Source: Penicillus capitatus (lineage: Eukaryota; Plantae; Chlorophyta). Taken from it: a stretch of 64,000 bases of DNA. The position numbers were made by a program, and so were the translations under genes. The first letter of the stretch is position 1; every line of letters starts with the position of its first letter. The stretch is from assembly GCA_965649825.1 (NCBI GenBank), contig OZ287694.1:1487197-1551196 (forward strand). The letters are read 5' to 3'. The notes beneath the pieces are model-generated. The model saw nothing but the letters and a program-made list of their open reading frames with translations. It made no database searches and had not been told where the DNA came from. Shown here piece by piece: positions 13,339 through 22,535 of this stretch.

Positions 13339-13699
13339 GGTGCGAACGATTTTCGGCGGAAATCTTCCAGAATATATTCTTTCTGAACGAACTTGGGAGA
13401 AATACCGTCGCGGAGCAAATAAACGAGGATGGTCTATGAGGATGGATATTGGCCGTAACAGCTGTTTTTATAGGCCGATTCTGAGGTGACCCCGGAAGCT
13501 AACAATCCTCGCTTACGGTGCGACAGCGCAGCTGCCAGCTGTCCACTTCTACATTGACAAACGCAGAGCAAAGCCATCGCTCCTGCTCAGTGTCTTCTAG
13601 AACCTCCCAGGTATCTCACATAAGTGTGACACGTGTACAGTAGATAGAGCTTAGAGACCTGCAGGACTGACTGCTTACTGTAAGAGAGGACAGCTGTCA

Positions 13700-14800
13700 C
13701 TATCGAATTTGACGACTCTGTTGTGATCCCTGGTAGTAACGGCATGTCTTTAGCTATCGATAAATGACGGTGTCGCGCAGCTAAGAGACGCTATTGCTGC
13801 TGACGGGTTGATGAGTTTGATGCTGTAATGAGCATCCAGACTGCATGCGGATACATGACGGCGTCGTGCCATTCTGTCGAGCTGGTCACCTTATTATTTG
13901 TTGCTGTCATCGCCTTTTGCCAAGTCGGAACGGAAATGGCGAGATCGCAGAGAACGACCGAAGGGGCTTCGGTAGGCAAGTACATTTTGTCTGTAACCTG
14001 ATTCTATTGCCTACAAGTGTTCGTCCCATGACGACGTGATTAATCACAAAGTCAGCAGGCAACCGCCTCTGTGATCTACTATGGAGACACTAGGCTTGCG
14101 ATTCTATTATAACACGGGCCTCACTTTTTGCGACGGTACCGGAGTCTGCAAGAATACCTTGGAAAGGATCTCTTTCCTGTCATGAGAACGTCGAATGGTC
14201 CCCATTGCGGTGAAATTGGAAGAAACTGCAAATCTACGAGACTCCATTGTTCCTTGTTGCCGCATTGGTGTTTGCATGCCGTCGACAGGCCTCTGCTAAG
14301 ACGAGCTCGTTTTCAATCTTTCTACAATTGGCTTGCGCAAATACACACGAAGCTCTCGCCTCTGGAGACTGCCAATCATTCGCTGGCTCTACCGATGGCG
14401 ACAAATGGTGATGATTACGACAATACTCGTGTCCATGCGCCAACGACTGTCGGCATTTAATGATACTAACTCTTACGTGCCTCTGGAGAGCAATGAACAT
14501 GTGATGCAAGGAACTCTGTCATTTAAACAGCTTCCCCCATCTATATCGAATCTCTGCCATGGCAAATCCAAGGTTCCCTGAATAGCAGTGTGCGTTCGCA
14601 CAGTGACTACTGTAGAATCCTCACAAAGGATGATGTGTATCCGAGGAGATGTCGATGGCAATACCGAACGTGAGAGCAACTCAAACTGCTCTTCGTGGCA
14701 CCGATCGATGATAGCCTTCGTGGCATCGCTGTCGGGGAAAATTCTTTGCTCTGTGTCCACTTACAATAACCGCATCTGACTGTCTGGTGTCACGAGAACA
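13700..14800 (-). pseudogene. Unidentified degraded or multi-exon coding region (paralog at ~36560-37900)
   Basis: Peptide blocks are kept in both diverged copies (HIIL.E.ST.VTVRTH.AIQG...LPWQR.DIDG; PFQGILADSGTVAK..A.VIIESQA), but with stops. No family recognised. Confidence 0.3.
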
Positions 14801-15045
14801 AGAGAATCAACGATCGAATACAGAAGAATGCAGCTTCGAAAAGTGACAAGAAAAGACGACATCGAATCGTCGTCGTTTAATGGAGTTCGCCCAAAAGTAA
14901 AGTCGATATTGCTGAATGTACATCAGATAATGACGAATAAATAAAACGCCACGCTGTCAGCCGTCGTCATCGACGAAACGCGTTCGTGTTTCTCCGTGCT
15001 CGACAATACTATTCTCTCCGTTAACGCCTCAGACGGAAAAGCAGA

Positions 15046-17620
15046 ATGTCCTCATCGCGTCAAGAGACCGAGGAAATGGAAGAAAGCTTGTTGCCAACCG
15101 AACACGAAGGTTCTTTCGAGGCTTCTACGTCGCGGCTGCAAGACGATTCACAACGTCAAATGTCGACATCATCGACAAGAACCGACGAAGACGAGCATCA
15201 TGAAGAGGAGACTTTGAATGGTGAGCATGCAACCCGCCAAATTCTTCGACTGCCGGTCAAGAAGGTGACGGTTGCGTGCTGCCACAGATGACGGCGGCGC
15301 CGTCTCCAGCGAAACGGGAAGATGGTTTCTTGAGCCTCCGTCGGAGTGGACACTGGAGAGCACCAAGCGGTAAACATCGTTTCTGTTGCTGCTGCATGGT
15401 TGTGGAACCTCTTGCAAACTGGACAGACTCATAACTGAACATGGGACTCGAATCGTCCATGCTGTTGATGTAAAAGGATCGCCGATTTTCTGGAATGCTG
15501 TGGAACGAAATCAGTTTGAGTGTGCAAACATGCTCCTGGATTATGCAAAGAGCAATGGGGTAGCCGTGACGTTCAAATGCGAAGATGGCAATCTGCTGTC
15601 AAAGGCTGTCAAAAGCAGATCTGAACCCCACGTCGAGTTCATTCTGGACAAACTGACAAGGAAGTATGCGACTGTGTCAGAGACAATCGAACTGCTGGAA
15701 TCGCATCTTCTAAACCTCACCGACAACTTTCCAAAGCTCGCACTCCGTTTCCTAAAAGAGGGCGACTTCGCAGTGGAGTACGCCAGGCTCGAAGTGCCAA
15801 GGGCTCTGTTCGGCAGAGACGGACATACTCCAGTTGTGATGTATGTTCATGAGGAACAGAATCCTGTAAGCTGGATTCCTATGGACAGTGGAGCAGCAAA
15901 GGAGCTCTGGAAGCAGGGGAGTGATTACACCAAGCAATTGTCGGACACCACGAGTCAGCAGATCAAAGTGGTCGCAAAGTTCTCATGCATTAGTCACGGG
16001 AGTTTCTTTGCCGTCTACGGAAGGAAGTATGTCTATAATGAGTATTAGTGTTCGACTAGATTGGGTGTTCTGGCGCAGCTTGCAAGAATCTGGTTTGGTG
16101 CGTTTTCATGTTCTTGGCGTGACAGACGTTGCAGACCTTTTCAAATCGACGACATCCAGAATCTACGTCGACTGGGCATTCAGATTTTGCCGCAACCCGT
16201 ATACTCTGGGCGTCGTGCTGGATGTCGTGGTTGCCGCGACGTTCACAACCTTTGCTGTCATGTACAAACACCAGCATGGCCAGGCCATGTCAATCCACCG
16301 TGGAACTCCAATAGCACTCATAGCTGTGCCGTGCCTTGCGAATCTACTGGGAATCTTCTGCTCCTTCTCAGCACTGAGGTAAGACGCACCAATGATCTTC
16401 ATGCTTCTTTTGCTTTGATGTTTGCATACAGGATCACTATGTTTATCATCGATCTTGTACTCCTCGTACACACATGTATCACTGTCTCTCACACCACGTT
16501 CTCTGCTTTTACGGCATCTGTCGGATGTATCCTCTGCTGGCTCGTGGTAAGATCCATTAATAAGTGTTTCCCGAACGTTTTGCGACAATGAGATGGTTGT
16601 CGTTGACTTAGTTTTTTCGGACTCTTCGACCATATGGTCGATTTGGACCTTTCGTTTCGATGGTGGGCTACGCAGTGATTGACTCCCTACCGTTTGCGAT
16701 GATGGGCTTACTGCTGATGCTTGGATACTCCGCAGCATTCGTAGTTCTTTTCGACGATGACCTTGCTCACGACAGCGACGACAACTTCGATACCCTTTTT
16801 CACGCCATACAATCGCTGTTTCACGCCGGCCTCGGGAACTTTGAAACAGACGTAAGTTCTGCTAAAGATGAACTTTCATGACATTATCCAGTGAAGCCAT
16901 TCTGGTGCAGATGCTTCACCCTGCCAGTGGATTTCTCACAATCTGGAGAGCCCTGCTGTTTAACTCCTTCATCTACACAGGACCGATTGTCCTCATGAGT
17001 CTGCTTGTTTCTATCTTAACTGATACCCATGACAGAGTTCGTTCCGAAGAGGAAGTCGAACAGTCGATGTACCGACTGCAAGCATTACTTGACTGCATTA
17101 TGGCTCGTGCAGTTGTTAAGTGGTAGGACCATTCAGATTCGGTCGAAAAGCCGAATCGTGTTACCAGATGTGGTTTCGTTTGTAGGTGTTTGAAGCCTAC
17201 TTTCCGTCGCAGGCCCATTGTATGGACAAAGGACTTTGTGCGATGGTTGAAAGTTGACGGACCCAGAGGATTTCGCATGCCGGAGAAAAGTTATTTTCAT
17301 CATCTGGTTCCCGAAGCCGCTGAAGAAGGATCTTCTGCTGGAGCGTGGCATGGTAAACTCGACGCACTCGACAGAACGATCAAGTCTGAAGCTGGAAAGA
17401 ATAAGAAAGCTCTTGAAGGTTAGATCATTACCTAAAGCCAAAGGTCCGTCTACTGGCGAGATGTTGTTGTTCAGAGATCAATCAGAAAACGACAGACGTG
17501 TATGGTGCACTGTTCGAGAGAATGAGAAGCTTAGAAGAGAGTGTGGGTGAGATGAAGGCCCAGTCGAGTAACTTGAAAGAGAGCGTGGACGAGATGAAAA
17601 CGTTGATCAGAAACCTGTGA
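15046..17620 (+). CDS. TRP-like ankyrin/6-TM cation channel C1
   Basis: Starts MSSSRQETEEMEESLLP. Ankyrin VDVKGSPIFWNAVERNQFECANMLLDYA; pore AIQSLFHAGLGNFE; S6 LMSLLVSILTDTHDRV. The coiled-coil exon ends ...LIRNL* at 17620. Confidence 0.82.
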
Positions 17621-17989
17621 GATTCGTAAAGATCTGAACCGAGCTCACTCTAAAACTTGCCTAGAGCCTGCACCATTCTGCTCATCTGAGCCTTCTTTCC
17701 CTCGTTTTGTTTTTCTTTCTCAAGCTGCTGCGCTTAAAGGAAAGTTACTTCTAATATGTCCAATGAAATTTTCGTGTCAGGCATGCGACGCCCTGCTGGT
17801 TATGACATGGGAAGCACTTCCCGTTGGGATTTTGTTGTGGTCATGCATTTCATTGTTTCCTGTATTCATCATTGTAGAGATGCAACAGATAAATCTCCAT
17901 TGACATTACCTGGAAGTGAAACGAATGAACGGCACTGAATTCTTAATGGCAATCTGCAAGAGTGTTGTCTGAAGTGTGTCCACGTGATC

Positions 17990-18227
17990 TGTCATGATGA
18001 TGAAGCGCCGAAGGATGATTATCTAAGAACTGCCTCATCATCATAAGAGGCAACGATGGCCAGTAGCTATTAATGGCCACGTCACATCAGAACCTACCCA
18101 GCACCTACCCAGCACCTACTTAGCACCTAGGAAACCCAACATTATAAAAAGGGGATTATTGTCACATTGATCGTCTTTTGTAAGAAACCTTGTTGCGTCT
18201 TCCACCGCCACGTACCTGTCCATATCA
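17990..18227 (+). repeat. 5' LTR (238 bp)
   Basis: Direct repeat of 20402-20628, differing by one 11-bp unit of an internal (cagcacctacc)-like repeat and 2 substitutions. TATAAAAA at 18143-18150; TGTAA at 18179-18183. Confidence 0.95.
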
Positions 18228-18229
18228 AA

Positions 18230-20458
18230 ATGGTTTCGGAGCTGCGACTCTCGAAGATGGACCGTGACGCGTTCACGTCCCTGCTCAACGCCGCAGCATT
18301 CGTCGAAGACGACTACCGCCCCCGCATCAAATATGTGGTGCAGAGACTGGAACCTAGATCGCCGGCATTTGACATCGTGCGGCAAGTGCTCGAAAGGGTC
18401 GAGCCACACTTCGACGGATTGGCCGCCTTTAACACGGCTTTTGCTGGACCGGATGCCACGATTTGTGCTTTCTATGCCGATAACCTAGGACAGATCGGGA
18501 CGAGTCACAAGTGGCGAATCGTGAAGGAGCTCGTGACTGGAGCATGCCCATCCCCCACACTCTCAGACGAGGAGCGACTCGGGCAAATGACCAGGGCAAA
18601 GGGGGAAACGTGGCTGGTTTTTGTCGACAGGTATCGGGCTACCTGTCTGGCGACGGCAGCGTCGAGAGAGACGCAAGTGAAGACGTTGTACCGAAGGCTT
18701 CCGGCAAACCTTCGGAGACTGATGCTCTCATTGCCGTCCGCAGCAACAGTAGCGGACATGAGCACTGTCCTCAGGAACGCAAGTTTCTGGGAATCCAGCG
18801 CCGCGTCGAGGACGGAGGCAGACGAGGATGTTGTGGATGTCGACATGGGCATGGTACAGGCCAATGTTGCTGCCACAAATGGGAAGGTCGTAGGACGCGA
18901 CGGGGCGATTAACTTTGCTGCAATCACCAATGCAGGCAGAGTCATGGTAGGGGCTCGAGAAATCTGCAAGACATCGCGCCGCGAAGCCCTGGACATGTTA
19001 CGATTTCTTCAGCGAATCTGCAACGTCGGAGACGGTTCGGCAGGAAGGGTAAAGCACGTGGATGGCGTGGCGAACGTCATCGCTGACCTCCTCAGTCGAA
19101 GCCCTTGGTGGAGGCACACCCTGGAAAGACCTACAACGACCGAAGCTCCCGCGCTTGCGGCCACCGCACACCACAACTCCTGGCCAGTGTGGTACCTGCA
19201 GATGGAAGATTATCTGAAAACAGGGCGATGTCCCGATGACGCCTCCCCCCAGCAGCGGGCGCGTCTCAAGCACCGCGCAACCTTTTTTCGCCTTCGCCAT
19301 GAACGCCTGGAATACTCCGCCGACGGACTTCTATGGACGCCTTGCTGTCTAGACAAGCAGGCCATTCCTCAGTGGCTGGCCAGAGCACACGAAGAAGGCG
19401 GACACTACGGTATCCAGACCACCACTCGGAAGTTACAGGAAATGATCTATTTCCCCGACGCTCCATCTCACGTGGACCGGTGGGTACGTAGCTGTCCCCA
19501 GTGCCAACACTTTGCCCGCCACGATCCACCCGTCACGCAGTCATTCAACACATGGCAACACATGAACCAGTGCGTAGGCCTGGACGTCATCGGCCCCATG
19601 AAGCCCGACGGCGCTTCAAAATACATCATCGCCGCAGTAGACCTCTGCACACGATTTTGCCTACTCTCGTCCTCCTCGCAGGCCAACGCGACATCCATCA
19701 TCAAACTGCTCGAGCGCTGGACAGCCCTCTTCGGCAACCCCGATTGTCTGCAGACGGACAACGATTCAGCGTTCGTAGGCAATCAGGTGTCCAACTGGAT
19801 GTCGGCCCGAGGAATCCAACGCCGCACCATCCCAACATATCGACCACAGTGCAAAGGGACCGTCGAGCGTCTCAATCAAGAAGTCATCCGCCGCCTCCAA
19901 CGCCTTCAAACTCAAGGCAAATGGGCATCAGCTCTTCCCCAGATTCAGGCGATGCTTAATGCGCATCCGAATTCGGTGACCAAACTCAGCGCCGCGCAGA
20001 CCGCCTTCGGTTATCAACCCCGCACGCACTCCCTTCCCGCGCCACCCACTTCCGCCGCGACACCTTGCTCTGATGAACCTCATCCAGTACGACACCGCGA
20101 CCTTCTTGCTACTCGTTGGACCGCAATCGACCACCAGATGCAGCACCAGCAACAACACCAACTGTCCCAATCTCACCGTTGCTCCGACCTCCTAGTCGGC
20201 TCCCAGGTGCTCCTCTTTGACCATCGCGCAAAAACGCACGGCAACAAGCTCACTCCGCAATGGCAAGGACCGTACACCGTCCACGCTAAATTTTCTCCCC
20301 AACTTTACCGTCTCGTTTCTTCTTCTTCCAAGAAACCCTTTCTCGCGCATCGCGACCATTTACGCCGTTTCTTCCGTCGGAGTTCAACGCAGGGAAGCGA
20401 TTGTCATGATGATGAAGCGCCGAAGGATGATTATCTAAGAACTGCCTCATCATCATAA
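18230..20458 (+). CDS. Gag-like / RNase H tail / integrase fusion ORF of the LTR element
   Basis: Gag-like N-terminus (RAKGETWLVFVDRY), then RNase H terminal motif VKHVDGVANVIADLLSR. Integrase has HHCC (HEEGGHYG...CPQC), D (GLDVIGP), D(35)E (TDNDSAF...GTVERLNQ) and GPY (PQWQGPY). The stop codon lies inside the 3' LTR. Confidence 0.88.
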   Translation: MVSELRLSKMDRDAFTSLLNAAAFVEDDYRPRIKYVVQRLEPRSPAFDIVRQVLERVEPHFDGLAAFNTAFAGPDATICAFYADNLGQIGTSHKWRIVKELVTGACPSPTLSDEERLGQMTRAKGETWLVFVDRYRATCLATAASRETQVKTLYRRLPANLRRLMLSLPSAATVADMSTVLRNASFWESSAASRTEADEDVVDVDMGMVQANVAATNGKVVGRDGAINFAAITNAGRVMVGAREICKTSRREALDMLRFLQRICNVGDGSAGRVKHVDGVANVIADLLSRSPWWRHTLERPTTTEAPALAATAHHNSWPVWYLQMEDYLKTGRCPDDASPQQRARLKHRATFFRLRHERLEYSADGLLWTPCCLDKQAIPQWLARAHEEGGHYGIQTTTRKLQEMIYFPDAPSHVDRWVRSCPQCQHFARHDPPVTQSFNTWQHMNQCVGLDVIGPMKPDGASKYIIAAVDLCTRFCLLSSSSQANATSIIKLLERWTALFGNPDCLQTDNDSAFVGNQVSNWMSARGIQRRTIPTYRPQCKGTVERLNQEVIRRLQRLQTQGKWASALPQIQAMLNAHPNSVTKLSAAQTAFGYQPRTHSLPAPPTSAATPCSDEPHPVRHRDLLATRWTAIDHQMQHQQQHQLSQSHRCSDLLVGSQVLLFDHRAKTHGNKLTPQWQGPYTVHAKFSPQLYRLVSSSSKKPFLAHRDHLRRFFRRSSTQGSDCHDDEAPKDDYLRTASSS
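18231..18242 (+). promoter_or_regulatory. Primer-binding-site-like sequence (tRNA-iMet type)
   Basis: TGGTTTCGGAGC begins 3 nt after the 5' LTR and has 2 mismatches to the common plant/algal iMet PBS TGGTATCAGAGC. Confidence 0.65.
20391..20400 (+). other. Polypurine-tract-like site
   Basis: AGGGAAGCGA lies 1 nt before the 3' LTR start. Confidence 0.55.
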
Positions 20459-20628
20459 GAGGCAACGATGGCCAGTAGCTATTAATGGCCACGTCACATC
20501 AGAACCTACCCAGCACCTACCCAGCACCTAGGAAACCCAACATTATAAAAAGGGGATTATTGTCACATTGATTATCTTTTGTAAGAAACCTTGTTGCGTC
20601 TTCCACCGCCACGTACCTGTCCATATCA
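20402..20628 (+). repeat. 3' LTR (227 bp)
   Basis: TGTCATG...ATATCA, followed by the GATC target-site duplication. Confidence 0.95.
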
Positions 20629-20632
20629 GATC

Positions 20633-22535
20633 GCGTCGCGGGAGCCAATCCTTTAGCGAATCGAGACTTGTGCGCATACATGCAGTGCTTACGAAGAGAG
20701 AAGCAGAACGTCTTACCCGTTTGAGGATTAGGATTCTATGATACAGAAGCGCATTCTGGGCAATGCGTCATCTGCAGTGATAATGCCTTCTACTATTGCT
20801 CCGCTGCGTAGTACGATGCACTCTGCGCTGCACGATGTATATAGGATTGTTTGATGGTGCAGATATTATATGAGACGAAAGGAGTTGACAGCGACGCTGA
20901 CTGATTAGCACGTCAAAATCAGCGAGAATGCCTTTGTGGTCTTCGGCTCAAACGGCCAGTCGACCCGTACACGTTACCTGTTGGGAACACGGCTTAACGA
21001 GTACAATAACTGAAGATGGCGGCGCAGATCACGCAATGTGGATTCTCGCATAGGGGTCACGTCGCGTAGGACACAGAGTTGCCACTGCTTCAAGCGGTTG
21101 CGCTTCTGATTCGGCTTAGGAACAAAGGATCGTTGAGAACGATCGACTCCACGCAAAACGCGCGTGCGTGTTTTGCCGTAGAATAAATGCCTTGTACGTT
21201 CGCAATGTCTCTGCCCCTTAAGCGTCGATGTTTCTACAGTGACGCACTCTGACGTGACGCTTCATTTGCAAACAAGCATTCTCCTTCTGATGGCTCATTG
21301 CGCATGTTGTGTCTAAGTGGAATTGTATCCAGCCATGCGAAGCGCTGCCCTGAAAACAGGCGTCGCGTTTTCAAAACCGACCGGTCTCTGTCTGTTGGCG
21401 CTAATGCAATACCACTTAAAACGCCTTCCACCAACGCCACTTGGAGATCCTCCCGATTAGCAAGCGCAGAAAAGACATCTGGAATCCAGAACACTCCTAG
21501 GAAGACATGATCGAGCATGTGTGCGACTTCCATTGAGAATCTCTTTACGGCTAGTCGATTCTTTGAAACATGTCGCGAAGAACACGCTCTAATGGAACGT
21601 TTTCATTAATCCGCAGTGGCAAAGAATCACAGAAATGTCATCGCACGGGGACAGCAGCCGCTCTTTGTTCTAAAAAAGAATTGTGGGTGCTGAAGAAAAC
21701 AAGACAGCACGGCGATGTCGACGTGCAAAGATGATGAACGTGTGGAAGTCTCCTGGGGCCAAACGTTTTCCCTCTCATTGCCATCCAAACAGCGAGATTT
21801 TACGAACACGCTTAATACTCTGCTTGCCAGCGATTCTCGATCGTCAGTTAGTCTTGATCCACCATTCAACTGTCGCAGGTCGACAATCTCTTGAAAACTC
21901 CGTACTTTATCTCACGAAACGCGAGATTGCCTTGTCGTTCTTACGCAAGGTTCGTTTCAGGATAGTACAGAGCAGATTCGACAATGCGTGCAAGCTTATG
22001 AACGCATCCGATCCGGACTGGAAACCGTCAGTTGGACGCCATCGACATCTGCAGTCGCGGCGAGTCGGATAGGATGAGGAACTCCATGCCGCTCACTGTT
22101 TGCAAGAGTGTGTCTCGAGAATAAGTTCATCAAGCCCGTCATGTGTTGTCGTACCTGGATGAAGAACTCGCCAACGCAGATCGCGTCTCGAGTGACAGCT
22201 CAGACCTAGCAGAATCACTAAACGAATGCGAACGTCCTCTTCCAACAGTGTCGGCTTTGCGAGACGTTAGTCGTACAGGACATTGGATGGCGGCAATAGG
22301 CGGAGATCCTTTGAGTCCATGCGACTGCGAAATTAAACGCGGGTCGCCGTCGTACGAATAGGCGTATGCATTCATTGGTTGCTGTTGATGGCGACAGCCG
22401 TCGTTAAAACACTGCTGACTCAGACGCGGTCATTATTCCGCGGGCGGGACAAAGCAGCTTTATATTGACACTCACCTGTGCTACCGCGAAAACTATCGAG
22501 CCGAAGTTGGTGGAACGACAAATTGCTCAGCACAC
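20633..22535. repeat. Spacer block paralogous to ~47655-49693 (and partly 41140-41300)
   Basis: Shared blocks such as ggattct..gatacagaa.cgcattc, gaaaggagttgacagcga and gaagaact.gccaacgcagatcg occur in the same order. Confidence 0.75.

Larger units (their letters stand above)
10369..17989. repeat. Diverged continuation of the tandem duplication (homologous to ~33379-41140)
   Basis: Colinear TRP-B 5' end, serpin, spacer, TRP-C and 3' flank. Identity by eye is high to ~13.3 kb and clearly lower afterwards. Confidence 0.85.
17990..20628 (+). mobile_element. Ty3/Gypsy-like LTR retroelement, 2,639 bp, Gag-integrase only (no protease or RT)
   Basis: TG...CA LTRs at 17990-18227 and 20402-20628; GATC target-site duplication at 17986-17989 and 20629-20632. 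PBS- and PPT-like sites are present, with one long internal ORF. Confidence 0.93.

Noticed and set aside
16020-16090. Apparent conserved +1 frameshift in C1, C2 (39080-39140) and D (45714-45760), suggesting programmed frameshifting or a 22-nt micro-intron
   Set aside because: An ordinary GT-AG intron ending at ...cgcag (52 nt in C1/C2, 46 nt in D) restores the frame in all three. It is simply a C/D-clade-specific intron.
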